A stretch of 64,000 nucleotides of DNA, from contig CBDIPT010000009.1 of assembly GCA_965283725.1 (NCBI GenBank), positions 96,938 through 160,937 of the forward strand, given 5' to 3'. Shown here piece by piece: positions 1-10,108 of the stretch. Numbering within the stretch: the first letter of the stretch is position 1; each line of letters opens with the position of its first letter. Source of the DNA: Limisphaerales bacterium. Lineage in GTDB: Bacteria > Verrucomicrobiota > Verrucomicrobiia > Limisphaerales > JAEYXS01. Both the position numbers and the translations under genes were made by a program. Below the pieces are notes generated by a model. That model ran no database searches. It saw only the letters and a list, made by a program, of their open reading frames with translations, and was not told the origin of the DNA.

Positions 1-689
1 ATTACTTGGGTGGTGCCCTGACCGCGGCGGAAAAGCGCAGTGCAGCCGGCAAGTTCAAGCTGCCCGTGGTGTTGTGCCCGGCGGACAAGATCCCGACATA
101 CACGGCGACGTGGAACCAAGATGCCGCCGGCAATGAAGTGCAACGCCGCAGCTACTCGATGCCGCGCCATAACATGGGCATCGTGCCGGCCAGCGCGACT
201 ACCTTTACGACGGGGGCTGGTTACTCGATGAGCGGTGTTTCGCGCGCCGAAGACTGGCCGCCCAGCCCGGCGAACCGTTGCGGCATGGGGTTGAATTGGA
301 GCGATGGCGCCGGCACCTTCATTGGTTGGAATAATTTGGACGTTCGTGCGGGTGATAGCAGCTTGGATCCTTACCGGCAAATGGCGGTGCGCGGGGCAAT
401 CATCCAAGCCCCGGTGGAGACCATCTTGATGACGGAACGTTGGTCGCAATCGAGCCTGACGACTTATGGTTCGGGCTACATCCAGCGCGCGAATGAGCAC
501 AATCCGGCGAACGGCTCCGCGCCGATCTATCCCGCCGTGGACCTGAAGACGCATCACAACAGTTTCGTGAACTATCTGATGGTGGATGGACACGTGGAAC
601 AGCTTGATCCGGCCGCGACGCTGGGGGCGACAAACCGTTCTAACTTGGGCATCCAGTCCGGTATGTGGACGATCGCTCCGAACGACTAA
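1..689 (+). CDS. DUF1559 / H-X9-DG family protein, C-terminal part (5' end outside window)
   Basis: The ORF is open to the window edge. The C-terminal 'NYLMVDGHVEQLD' is an H-X9-DG motif, and the tail matches the full-length paralogs at 17108-18100 and 61424-62266. Confidence 0.7.
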   Translation, partial: YLGGALTAAEKRSAAGKFKLPVVLCPADKIPTYTATWNQDAAGNEVQRRSYSMPRHNMGIVPASATTFTTGAGYSMSGVSRAEDWPPSPANRCGMGLNWSDGAGTFIGWNNLDVRAGDSSLDPYRQMAVRGAIIQAPVETILMTERWSQSSLTTYGSGYIQRANEHNPANGSAPIYPAVDLKTHHNSFVNYLMVDGHVEQLDPAATLGATNRSNLGIQSGMWTIAPND

Positions 690-714
690 GCCCTAGTTCC
701 TGTTTTTGCGCCAA

Positions 715-743
715 CGGCCCTCAGCAATGAGGGCCGTTTTTTT
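715..743 (+). terminator. rho-independent terminator
   Basis: Stem-loop cggccctca-gcaa-tgagggccg followed by a T7 run, 26 nt after the stop codon. Confidence 0.65.
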
Positions 744-769
744 GTGCCCGAAAAAGGTGTTCAGCGGGC

Positions 770-1207
770 TTACCGGGTCGGTTTCTCGTTTAACAATAAC
801 CAGTACAGCCCCAGCTGGCCGACGGCTTCGATGAATTGCTCGAAATCCACCGGTTTGCGGATGTAACTGTTTGCGCCGTTCGCGTAACCGTTCAAAATAT
901 CCTGTTCTTCCTTGGAAGAGGTCAGGATGACTACGGGGATGAGCTGGGTGCGCGGGTCGGCCCGGAGCCGTTTCAACACTTCGAGGCCATCCACCTTGGG
1001 CAGTTTGAGATCGAGCAAAATGACGGTGGGCTTTTGGGAGATGTCGCGGTTGGCATAGTTGCCCGTCCCGAAAAGGTAATCCAAGGCCTCCGCACCGTCG
1101 GTCACGACCTGCACGGCGTTCATTATGCGGTTCTTCTGGAAGGCGCGGAGGGTCAGCTCGACATCGTCCGGATTATCTTCCACCAGCAATATGTGCTTTT
1201 CGTTCAT
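770..1207 (-). CDS. single-domain response regulator (CheY-like receiver)
   Basis: Motifs 'ILLVEDNPDD', 'ILLDLKLPKVDG' (phospho-acceptor Asp) and 'VVILTSS...KP'. The ATG overlaps the kinase stop codon (ATGA at 1204-1207). Confidence 0.9.
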   Translation of the reverse strand: MNEKHILLVEDNPDDVELTLRAFQKNRIMNAVQVVTDGAEALDYLFGTGNYANRDISQKPTVILLDLKLPKVDGLEVLKRLRADPRTQLIPVVILTSSKEEQDILNGYANGANSYIRKPVDFEQFIEAVGQLGLYWLLLNEKPTR

Positions 1208-4200
1208 AGACCATCCTTTGGTTCGGGGAGTGTGAAATAGAACGTGGCACCCGCGCCGGGTTTCGCCTCGGCCCAGATGGAGCCGCCGTGGCGGTGGATC
1301 ACCCGTTGGACATTGGCCAGCCCGACACCGGTGCCTTCGAAATCGGTGCTGTTGTGCAGCCGTTGAAAGACGCCGAACAATTTGTTGGCGTAATTCATAT
1401 CGAAACCGGCGCCGTTATCCCGCACGTAGAACACGGTTTTACCATCTTGGAGATTAGCACCGAATTCGATCTTGGGCGAATCTTGCTTCTGCGTGAACTT
1501 CCACGCGTTGCCCAGCAGGTTGTCCAGCACCACGCGCAGGAGGCGGGGATCGCCATACGTGCGCAAGCCGGGGGTAAGTGACCATTCGACGACGCGATCT
1601 TTTTGCCCATCGTGCAACTCTTCTTTTACCAGACTGGCCATCTGGGAGAGGTCCACCGTGGTGCGATTGATCTCCGCACGGGTGACACGGGAGAGCTCAA
1701 GCAGATCATCGATGAGCTGGGCCATGCGTTTCGTGGCGTTGCGCACGCGTTGCAGGTAGCCATGGCCGGTTTTATCCAGCAGTACGGCATAGTCTTCCTC
1801 CAAGGCCTGGCTGAAACCATCGATGGCCCGCAAGGGCGCGCGCAGATCGTGTGACACCGAGTAACAGAATGATTCGAGCTCCTTGTTCGCGCTGGAAAGC
1901 TCGGCGGTGCGTTCGGCGACGCGCCGTTCGAGCGTGGCGTTCAACTGACGGATCTCGAACTCGGCCCGTTTCCGGGCGTCAATATCGATGATGGTGCCGA
2001 TCCATTCGCGCACGGAGCCGTCTTCGTTCAAGAGCGGCACGCCGCGAGTGACGCAGTAATGCCACGAGTCGGAGGGCGCATGCCAGTGGCGGGACTCGGC
2101 GACGAAAAGGGCTTTCTTCTCCTTGGCTTCCTGCCAGGCGGCGATCACGTGCGCCTGATCGTCCACATGGATCATCTTGAGCATGCCTTCCGTGCAGACT
2201 TGCTCCCAAGTCTGGCCGGTGAAGGCTTCCAGGATGGTTGCGGCACGACGACTTTGCCGTTGGCATCGGCCCCCCACACGATGGAGGAAGTTGCCGAGAC
2301 GAGCACGCGGTAGCGCTCCTCGCTGAGCTTCAGCGCAGACTCCGCTTCCTTGCGTTCCGTGATGTCCCGGATGAAGCCGGTGAAGAGCGGTTGCGCGCTG
2401 AACTCCACGCGGTTGATCGTCAGTTCAGCCGGAAAGCGGGAGCCATCTGCGCGGCAGGCTGTGAGCTCGATGCGGCGACCGAGGATGCGGCTCTCGCCCG
2501 TGCGCACACAATGCATCAGCCCGGCCCGATGCTGTGCCCGCAGTTCGGCTGGGATGATCTTTGAGCCCATATCCTGCCCGATGATCTCATTGTTCTGGTA
2601 GCCGAACATGCGTTCAGCCGCCGGGTTGAACTCCACCACGTGCCCTTGTTGATCGATAGTGATGATGCCATCGAGCGCCGAGGCCAGGATCGCTTGCGAA
2701 CGCGCCTGGCTCTCGCGCAATTCGTTCTGCGTGCGCAAGCGCTCCGTGATGTCCACCGCGATGCCGCCGATGTAGTCCTCCCCCTCGGTCTCTCCAGGGA
2801 TGATGAACTTGTTCACCAGATACGAGTGCGGGCCATCCGGCTGGATGAATTTTTCCACCACTTGCAAGGGCTGGCGGGCGTGCCGGAGGAGCTTGTCACT
2901 CTGCTGGAATTCCTCCGTCATGATCGACGGGAAGAGATCGCCATCGTGCAGGCCGCGGACCTGTTCGAGCTTGCGACCGAAGAGTTTTTCCCACGCGGCG
3001 TTGACGAAGATGTAGCGGCCCTGGCCATCCTTGATGAAGGCGATACCGGAAAGGTTCCCCATGAACGCCATGAACCGCTCCTGCATCTCGTGCAGCTCTA
3101 CCTCGGCCTCACGGGCGGTGGTGATATCCAGGGCGATGCCGCCCACGATATGCGACTCCGGGTTGGCTCCGCGCACGCGGAACTTGCTGGAGAGCCAGTA
3201 ACTGGGCTTTGCCCCGCGTGGGACAGTCTCCACCACTTGAACTGGTTTGCCCGTGGTAAGCACTTCTTCATCCGTGCGGGCAAAACCAGCGGCGATCTCT
3301 GCCGGGAAGATTTCTGCATCCGTCCGCCCGAGGACTTTTTCCGGGCCGAGATCGAAGATGTGTTTCCAAGCTTGGTTCACATAGAGGTAACGGCTCTGGG
3401 CATCTTTGATGAACGCCACACCGGGCAGGTGGGCCATGAACGCCTGAAAACGGCCTTCGGATTCGCGCAGTTCATCCTCGATGTTTTTGCGTTCGGTGAT
3501 GTCCGTCAGCATGGCGAGCACACCGATGAATTCCCCGTGGGCATCGTGCAGGGGATTCGCGCTGGCAAGCACCCAGAGCGCGGTGCCATCCGCCCGGCGC
3601 AACCGCAGGTCTTGCTGTTCCTGCGGGAAGACCCCCGTCTCGTTCGAAAGGGTGGAGATATCCTCCACGAGCAGAAACTCCTGCGCTGAACGGCCGAGGA
3701 TCTCTTCCGGCATACAGCCGAGCATATTCGCCAGGCGCTGGTTCACGAAGGTGGTGCGGCCGGCGATATCGGTCATCCAGATGCCTTCCTGGGTGGTCTC
3801 GACGATCTGGTGATAGCGCTCCTCCTGCTCGTGCAATTCTGCCTCGGTGCGGATACGGTTCATCGCTCCCGCGCAAAGGTCTGCGATGATCTGCAGGAGG
3901 TCCAAGTCCGCGGCGTTGTAAGCAAAGTGAGTATAGCTCTGAACCGAGAGCACGCCGAGGACTTGCTCGCCGCTGCGCACGGGGACGAACATCAGCGAAG
4001 CAGAAGGGCGGTTCGCATCGCCAAAACGGTTCAAGCCTTCGGAGCCCGCTTTGCCGGTGGGATCGCGGAGGATGAGTTTAGGGCCTTCCTTCAGCACCTT
4101 TTGTACAAGTGCGCTCGGCGGGGATTTGTCATACGCGGGCGGCACTTCCTGCCGGCGGCCGTTCACGGTATCGAGCGTATGCACGGCGCGGATCTGGTTC

Positions 4201-4982
4201 GTGCGTTCATGATACGCATCCAGGGAAAAAGCATCGCAGGTGAAAAGGCGGGTGCAGGTATTGGCCAGTTGACGCGCGGCTTCCAGTTCACTGCTGGTGG
4301 CGGAGATGACTTGTGTGAGCAGTGCAAACTCATGCTGGCGCCGTTCTTTCTCGACGTGCTCTTTGGCCAGCGCCTGGAGGCGTTCGTTCGCCTGGCTGAG
4401 TTCGGCGGTGCGTTCCTGTACGCGTTGTTCCAGGGAATTGTTCAGGCGTTTCACTTCGTCTGCTGCCTTGCGATGTTCCGCGATCTCCACGGCCAGTTGT
4501 TCGTTGGCCAGTTGCAACTGGCTGGGGCTGGGCAGCGCCAGAGCTTGGGGTATCAAGCGCCAGAGCAGGATGGCGGTGGGGACGGATGCGAGGGCCGTGA
4601 TGGCCTTGAAACTGCCTGAGAGCCAGTAATACGGCCGCCACACGGAAACGATCTCCATCACGTGCGTCATGCCGCAAGCGATGATGAAGATGGCAAAGCA
4701 GAGGAACATCCAATCAAAGCTCAGATCGCGCCGTTTCCGCACGAAATAGATGAGCGCGAATGGGATGGTGAAATAGGCGAGGGCGGTGAGACCGTCTGAA
4801 ATGACATGCAGGTATACGACGCTTGGATCCCAGATATAGCAGTGGCCATGCGGCATGAAATAGCCGGTGGTAAAAAGCTTTTCGCGCAGCAGCACACCGA
4901 GGAACAACAACAAGGCTGCGCCCGCGAGCATATACCCGAGGACATTTCGACTCCGTGGATCGGTGTGAGTCTGGATCTTCAT
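1204..4982 (-). pseudogene. multi-domain sensor histidine kinase (ethylene-binding-domain-like membrane module, GAF, multiple PAS, HisKA, HATPase_c) interrupted by one frameshift
   Basis: Two overlapping ORFs: 2172-5414 (plausible ATG at 4982, 'MKIQTHT...') and 1204-2277. One PAS domain spans the junction ('...IVWGADANGKVVVPQPSW' then 'EAFTGQTWEQV...'), and the frame switches at a G-run around 2230-2232. The C-terminal part carries the H-box 'SHDLRAPL' and ATP-binding boxes 'DNGAGF' and 'GTGVGL'. Confidence 0.85.
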
Positions 4983-5845
4983 GCAACTTCCTTCCGTGTC
5001 CGGCCGGTCCGCTGCCCATCTTCTTGCTAGGCGAGTGTGGTTGTGGTGGTGACCAAACAACTTGATCACGCGCAAGGCACACTTGCTGCCTCCCCTAAAT
5101 GAAAACTCCCGCTGGCCGGTGAACGCGTGCAGGATAGCCTCACTGATTCCTGAAAACAACTGCGCAAACAAAGACCGCGTCACGGAGTCCGGATGAGTGA
5201 TGCATGAATCGCCTGCGAACCGATCGTGCGGCGCGCGGAGTGAGGCTGGATGTGCCAACGCGGATTGAACGCGCAGCCGTGTGAGCGGGTCTGTAATGGT
5301 GGCTCCAATTGTGAACGCGCTATCTATATAGATAGAGGCCCAGCCGGTTATGCCTCGGCTGTTTCCCCGCGTTTCGTTGTCCTCCTTGGACTTTGAACAT
5401 GGGCGTATTCTCACCTAGGGGGTGGGACATAGGCTGTCCAACCCGCAAAATATTTTAGCTTCCGCTCGCCGTATTTCGACCAAATTGGTGAAACTCCTTC
5501 CCGCGCACGCCAAAGTAAACGCTATGTGAATACAATGTATTTACGGGAAAATTTGTAATCGCATGGGTGAATGAGCTGGGAAAGTCTGGGCTATGGAGGG
5601 TTTTGCTGGTGTAGAAAAGATCTTTTTTGGATGGTTTAAATTGTTCTTAAGTCTTTTGTTTTAAATGCTTTGTGAATTATTTTAAGTGTATGATATGGGT
5701 TGTTCCTGGTTCGATTGGGGAAGGACGGGTGAGAAAGGGGCGTAGCGCACGCAATTGTAACAACTTGGAGCAAAAAAACCCTTTGACTTTGGGGGGCTGG
5801 TCCGCCAAATTGAGCGTGCACACTAAATCAGCAAGTAACTCTCAA

Positions 5846-6478
5846 ATGAAAACTAAAGCTCTAATTCTTGCGGGATTGGTCTCGCTGGCCGGGGTGGTGG
5901 CGTCCCAAGCGCAGACGGTTTACTCCGTGAATATTGTTGGTTATGTTAATTTGACCATTCAGCCGGGTTTTTCGATGATTTCGAATCCTCTGCAAGGACA
6001 AAGCACTTCCATTCCTACTTTGATCCCTGCGCCGCCTGAAGGTACTTCGGTCTTCAAGTTCAACCCGGCAACAGGTGGTTATTCCGTTGCTCAGTTCGTT
6101 GATGGTGCGTGGGAAGGTTCTGCGGTGACATTGGCTCCCGGTGAAGGCGTCTTCATAAGGAATTCCTCAGCTTCTGCGTTCACGCTGACTTTTACGGGCG
6201 AAGTTGTTCAGTCTTCTTCTGTCGCTTTGCCGCAAGGTTTTTCAATTGCCAGCTCAGTTCTTCCGCAATCTGGTAGCCTTTCCTCTCAGTTACAGTTTCC
6301 TGTGACTGAAGGCGATGCTGTTTATTTCTACAACCCCAACACTGGCGGTTATAGCATCTTCAATTACATCGATGGTGCTTGGGAACCTACTGAGCCGGTG
6401 GCTCAAGCGGGTCAGGCCTTTTTCCTCCGCAAGAGTGCTGCGCGGAATTGGGTCAGAAATTTCACGTCCGGAACCTAA
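5846..6478 (+). CDS. secreted protein with internal duplication, unknown function
   Basis: Signal peptide 'MKTKALILAGLVSLAGVVASQAQ' at an internal ATG (5846) of ORF 5672-6478. Two repeats are present: 'NPATGGYSVAQFVDGAWE...PGEGVFI' and 'NPNTGGYSIFNYIDGAWE...AGQAFFL'. Confidence 0.7.
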   Translation: MKTKALILAGLVSLAGVVASQAQTVYSVNIVGYVNLTIQPGFSMISNPLQGQSTSIPTLIPAPPEGTSVFKFNPATGGYSVAQFVDGAWEGSAVTLAPGEGVFIRNSSASAFTLTFTGEVVQSSSVALPQGFSIASSVLPQSGSLSSQLQFPVTEGDAVYFYNPNTGGYSIFNYIDGAWEPTEPVAQAGQAFFLRKSAARNWVRNFTSGT

Positions 6479-6518
6479 TAACTTGGAACTGAAGATAATT
6501 CATTCGTAATTAATTTTT

Positions 6519-7088
6519 ATGAAAAAATTTCTAGCAATTGCACTGTTGTCTTTGGGTGCGCTTACTGGTTACTCGCAATCTGTCAACTTTGGTAATGTTG
6601 ACTTGGCCTATGACGCTAACGCGAATCTGATTGATTCATCCAAGTTGGTTCGTGACGTCTCCGCAAACCCTCTAACTGGCACCAACTGGAAAGCGGTTTT
6701 GTATGCTGGCACTCTTGCGAACTCTTTGACTCAGGTCAGCACGCCATTCAACTTTCGTGCTGGTACCACGACGCGCCCTGGCACATGGTCGGGTGGTGAT
6801 GTTACCTTGACTGGTTACAGCCAAGGTCAATCCATCTTTCTGAGCGTTAAGGTTTATGACGGCACCTTGTTCTCAACTTTTGAGAGCGCAGTCGCTGGTA
6901 ATGGCATCGTAGGTAGTTCGAGTGCTTTTGCTTACAGCATTCCTACTGCAGGTGCGCCCCCCTCTTCTTTTACCATGTCTAACTTCAGCGGTTTCCAACT
7001 CGCTGCGGTTCCTGAGCCGACGACCATCGCGCTCGGTGTGATGGGTGGCATGGCCCTCTTGGCCCGCCGCCGTCGCAACGCGGCCTAA
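6519..7088 (+). CDS. PEP-CTERM sorting-domain protein
   Basis: N-terminal signal peptide. The C-terminal 'VPEPTTIALGVMGGMALLARRRRNAA' gives the PEP motif, a TM helix and a basic tail. Confidence 0.85.
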   Translation: MKKFLAIALLSLGALTGYSQSVNFGNVDLAYDANANLIDSSKLVRDVSANPLTGTNWKAVLYAGTLANSLTQVSTPFNFRAGTTTRPGTWSGGDVTLTGYSQGQSIFLSVKVYDGTLFSTFESAVAGNGIVGSSSAFAYSIPTAGAPPSSFTMSNFSGFQLAAVPEPTTIALGVMGGMALLARRRRNAA

Positions 7089-7115
7089 GAGTTACTCGTT
7101 TAGTGTGCAAATTTA

Positions 7116-7141
7116 AACCCCGACTTCGGTCGGGGTTTTTT
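7116..7141 (+). terminator. rho-independent terminator
   Basis: Stem aaccccgac-ttcg-gtcggggtt followed by a T-run. Confidence 0.8.
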
Positions 7142-7227
7142 CTTTTCCCACAGTCTGAAAATCCCGCGTGGGCTGTCATTCCTATCATTGACGCCTAACG
7201 TCAACCTCCGCACAGTTCCGCCCGTTT

Positions 7228-7722
7228 ATGGCGCATATCCACGAGAAGATTGATTTCACCTCGGCGATTTTTGTGGTGCACGATCACAAGATCTTGCTGA
7301 TCCATCATCGCAAGCTTGGCAAGTGGTTGCCGCTCGGTGGTCACATCGAACTCGATGAGGAACCCGAGCAGGCCGCTTTGCGCGAAGCCAAAGAGGAGAG
7401 CGGTTTGGACGTGGAATTGATCGGCGAGCGTCCTCCCACCACCAGCCCCGGCACGCGTGCCCTGATCGCTCCGCGTTTTCTGGATATACATCGCATCAGC
7501 GATACCCATGAGCACATCGGTTTGATCTATTGGGCCCGTCCCAAGGGTGGCACTGTGGCTTTGGCGGCAGAGGAACACCATGCCATCCGCTGGTGCACGG
7601 CAGCGGAGTTGGACACGCTCCAGCCGCCCATGTCCTCCGCCGTGAAGTGGTATTGCCTGAAAGCCATTGCCGAGATTTCGGCCATCCCACCCCACGTGAC
7701 CCAACCCATCCTGCTGGCGTGA
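7228..7722 (+). CDS. NUDIX hydrolase
   Basis: Nudix box 'GGHIELDEEPEQAALREAKEESGLDV' (GX5EX7REUXEEXGU). Confidence 0.85.
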   Translation: MAHIHEKIDFTSAIFVVHDHKILLIHHRKLGKWLPLGGHIELDEEPEQAALREAKEESGLDVELIGERPPTTSPGTRALIAPRFLDIHRISDTHEHIGLIYWARPKGGTVALAAEEHHAIRWCTAAELDTLQPPMSSAVKWYCLKAIAEISAIPPHVTQPILLA

Positions 7723-7831
7723 CGAACTGACTCCCTACTGCGATTGGATGACGAATACACGGTGATGGGATTAGGTGGCTGAGCTGCATTCCCTTTTCGT
7801 GTAATTGCCCGTATTTCGTGGTTAACCCCGC

Positions 7832-9002
7832 ATGCGTCCCCCATTTTTCAAGACCATCTGCTACGTCCTCGAAGGGCTGAACGCCTTCGCAACGGCGTAT
7901 TATTTCAACTACCTGATGTTCCTGTTGCAGAAGGAATATCACTTCGATAACAAGCAGAACCTTGCCGTTGGTGCCGTTCACGGACTCATCTACGTGCTGG
8001 CTTCGTGGCTGGGTGGGAAGATCGGGCAGAAGGCGGGCTATTTCACCATCATGCGGGTCGGCTTCATCGGCATGGCCTTGAGCGTGGGGCTGGGGGCTTG
8101 TTCCCTTCCATCATCCTCCAACTCGTGGCCCTTGCGCTCTGGACCATCAGCATGTGCGTTACGTGGCCGATGCTTGAGGCGCTTGTCGCCGAGCATGAAG
8201 ATGCCACGGTGTTACCGCATCGTATCGGCCTCTACAACCTCATTTGGGCGGCCAGTGCGGCGGCCGCTTATTTCACCGGGGGCATGATCTTTGAATCGCT
8301 CGGGCTCAAGTCGCTCTATTGGTTGCCCGCCATCCTGCACATCGGGCAAATCCTGCTCACTCTGCCTTTGCAACGGTGGCATGATGAATGGCTCGCCAGC
8401 GCACCGCCTATCCGGGGTGAAGCGGCTGTACGTGGTGAAGGGGTCGGGAAACCGCGCTATTTCCAAAAGCTCGCTTTCATGGCGAATCCCTTCGCCTACA
8501 TGACGATCAATACCTTGCTCGCCGTCGTGCCTGTATCGCGGCGAATAATGGGCTGAGTGTGGCGGAGGCGGGGCGTATCATGTCCCTGTGGTTCATAGTG
8601 CGGGCCATCTCTTTTGTCGTGCTGTGGTTCTGGCACGGCTGGCATTATAAATTTGGCTGGTTCGTCGCGGCGTTCATCATGCTGCTCAGCGGCTTTCTGA
8701 CCCTCATGCTCGCCAACGCCGTCTGGCAGCTCATCGTCGCACAGATCGTCTTCGGCATCGCCACGGGCCTGATCTATTACTCCTCACTCTTCTACGCCAT
8801 GGATGGCAGCGAAGCGAAAGGGGAGCATGGCGGCATCCATGAAGCCCTCATTGGCGCCGGTATCTGCGCCGGTCCGGCCATCGGTGCTTTCAGCCTTACC
8901 TTGGCTCCGGGACACCCCACGGCCGCGGCTTGGGCAGTGAGCGGTATTCTGCTCTTGGGGCTGGGCGGGCTGTTCAAGGTCCGAATGGGTAAAAAGACTT
9001 AA
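7832..9002 (+). pseudogene. MFS-type transporter broken by two frameshifts
   Basis: Three consecutive ORFs (7832-8287, 8005-8556, 8559-9002) together encode one polytopic protein. The first switch is at G5 run 8092-8096 ('SVGLG|GLFPSIILQ'). The second is near 8533 ('LLAVVP|GIAANNGLSVAEAG'). Confidence 0.75.
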
Positions 9003-9189
9003 GTTCCAAATCCAAAGCACTCCAAGCGCCAAAGAATGTTAAATCACCAAGTCCCAATGGCGCTTTGAGCATTTACGGCTTTGATTTTGGAGCGTCACTG
9101 GAGCTTGGAGCTTTAGATTTGGGCTTTTTTCCGCACTTGCCACTCCTTCCTCCCGTCCGGCAAACTCAGGGGAATAACGTTTTTCGCTT

Positions 9190-9960
9190 ATGTCACTACT
9201 CGCAGGTAAAATCGGTATCGTTTTCGGTGTCGCCAACAAGCGTTCCATCGCGTGGGCCATTGCCCAAGCCTGGGCCAAAGCCGGTGCGACACTTGCCTTC
9301 ACCTATCAAGGCGAACGCCTCAAGGAAAACGTGGAAGAACTCGTCGCCACCTTCGGCCCGGACACGCTCCTCATGCCGTGCGATGTCACGAAGGATGCGG
9401 ACATCGACGCCGTGTTCGCCCAGGTGAAAGAGAAGTTCGGCCGCCTCGATCTGCTCCTGCACTCCGTCGCCTTCGCGCCGAAGGATGCGCTCGAAGGCCG
9501 CTTCGTGAATACCTCGCGTGACGCCTTCAAGATCTCGCACGACATCAGCGCTTATTCGCTCGTCGCGCTCGCTCGCGGTGCCGCGCCGCTCATGACCAAC
9601 GGCGGCAGCATCGTCGCCATGTCCTACTACGGCGCCGAGAAGGTCGTGCCGCACTACAACGTGATGGGGGTGGCTAAGGCCGCGCTCGAAGCCTCCACCC
9701 GTTACCTTGCGTATGATCTCGGCGAACAAAAGATCCGCGTGAATTGCATCAGTGCCGGTCCCGTGAACACCCTAGCTGCTCGTGGTATTTCCGGCTTCAG
9801 CACCATGCTCAAACACTACGAAGAACACGCTCCGCTCAAGCGCAACGTGTTGCCAGACGAACTCGGTGCCACCGGCACCTTCCTCGCCAGCGATGGCGCC
9901 GCCGCGATCACCGGCCAAGTCCTCTACGTAGACTGCGGCTACCAGATCATGGGCATGTAA
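9190..9960 (+). CDS. fabI: enoyl-[acyl-carrier-protein] reductase (NADH)
   Basis: Motif 'LLAGKIGIVFGVANKRSIAWAIAQ', the SDR Y-x6-K region 'YYGAEKVVPHYNVMGVAKAALE', and 'ISAGPVNTLAA'. Confidence 0.9.
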   Translation: MSLLAGKIGIVFGVANKRSIAWAIAQAWAKAGATLAFTYQGERLKENVEELVATFGPDTLLMPCDVTKDADIDAVFAQVKEKFGRLDLLLHSVAFAPKDALEGRFVNTSRDAFKISHDISAYSLVALARGAAPLMTNGGSIVAMSYYGAEKVVPHYNVMGVAKAALEASTRYLAYDLGEQKIRVNCISAGPVNTLAARGISGFSTMLKHYEEHAPLKRNVLPDELGATGTFLASDGAAAITGQVLYVDCGYQIMGM

Positions 9961-9980
9961 GTTAATCCTTTTTCCAGCCA

Positions 9981-10016
9981 AGGCCGCGTTCATCCCGAAC
10001 GCGGCCTTTGTTTTTT
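9981..10016 (+). terminator. rho-independent terminator
   Basis: Stem aggccgcgtt-catcccg-aacgcggcct followed by ttgtttttt. Confidence 0.7.
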
Positions 10017-10108
10017 GGCCTATGAATAGATATGGAGATTCCATCGTCCACTCTTTGCCGTTGACGATTTGGGCCGTTACGCTTGAATCCCTCCGAACCG
10101 AATTAATC

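Noticed and set aside
2172-2277. Programmed ribosomal frameshifting as an explanation for the overlapping kinase ORFs and the other split genes.
   Set aside because: I found no slippery heptamer or downstream pseudoknot. Nine such events in unrelated genes, mostly at simple homopolymers, fit indel error better.
4983-5414. N-terminal 144 codons of ORF 2172-5414, and similar 5' extensions of ORFs 5672-6478, 10022-10951, 13539-14096, 20060-21271, 45875-47173, 50618-51505, 55811-56614 and 59988-61379.
   Set aside because: The extensions lack coding character, and a signal peptide, lipobox or conserved N-terminus begins at an internal ATG. The 45875-47173 extension would also overlap pseI by more than 500 nt.
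5700-5725. tRNA-like 'GGTTCGATT' T-loop string.
   Set aside because: The flanking bases cannot form a T-stem or an acceptor stem, and no cloverleaf can be drawn.
5783-5811. Possible sigma-70 promoter (TTGACT, 17 nt spacer, CAAATT) upstream of the secreted-protein gene.
   Set aside because: The -10 element is weak, and promoter consensus in this lineage is uncertain. The sequence alone does not support reporting it as a feature.
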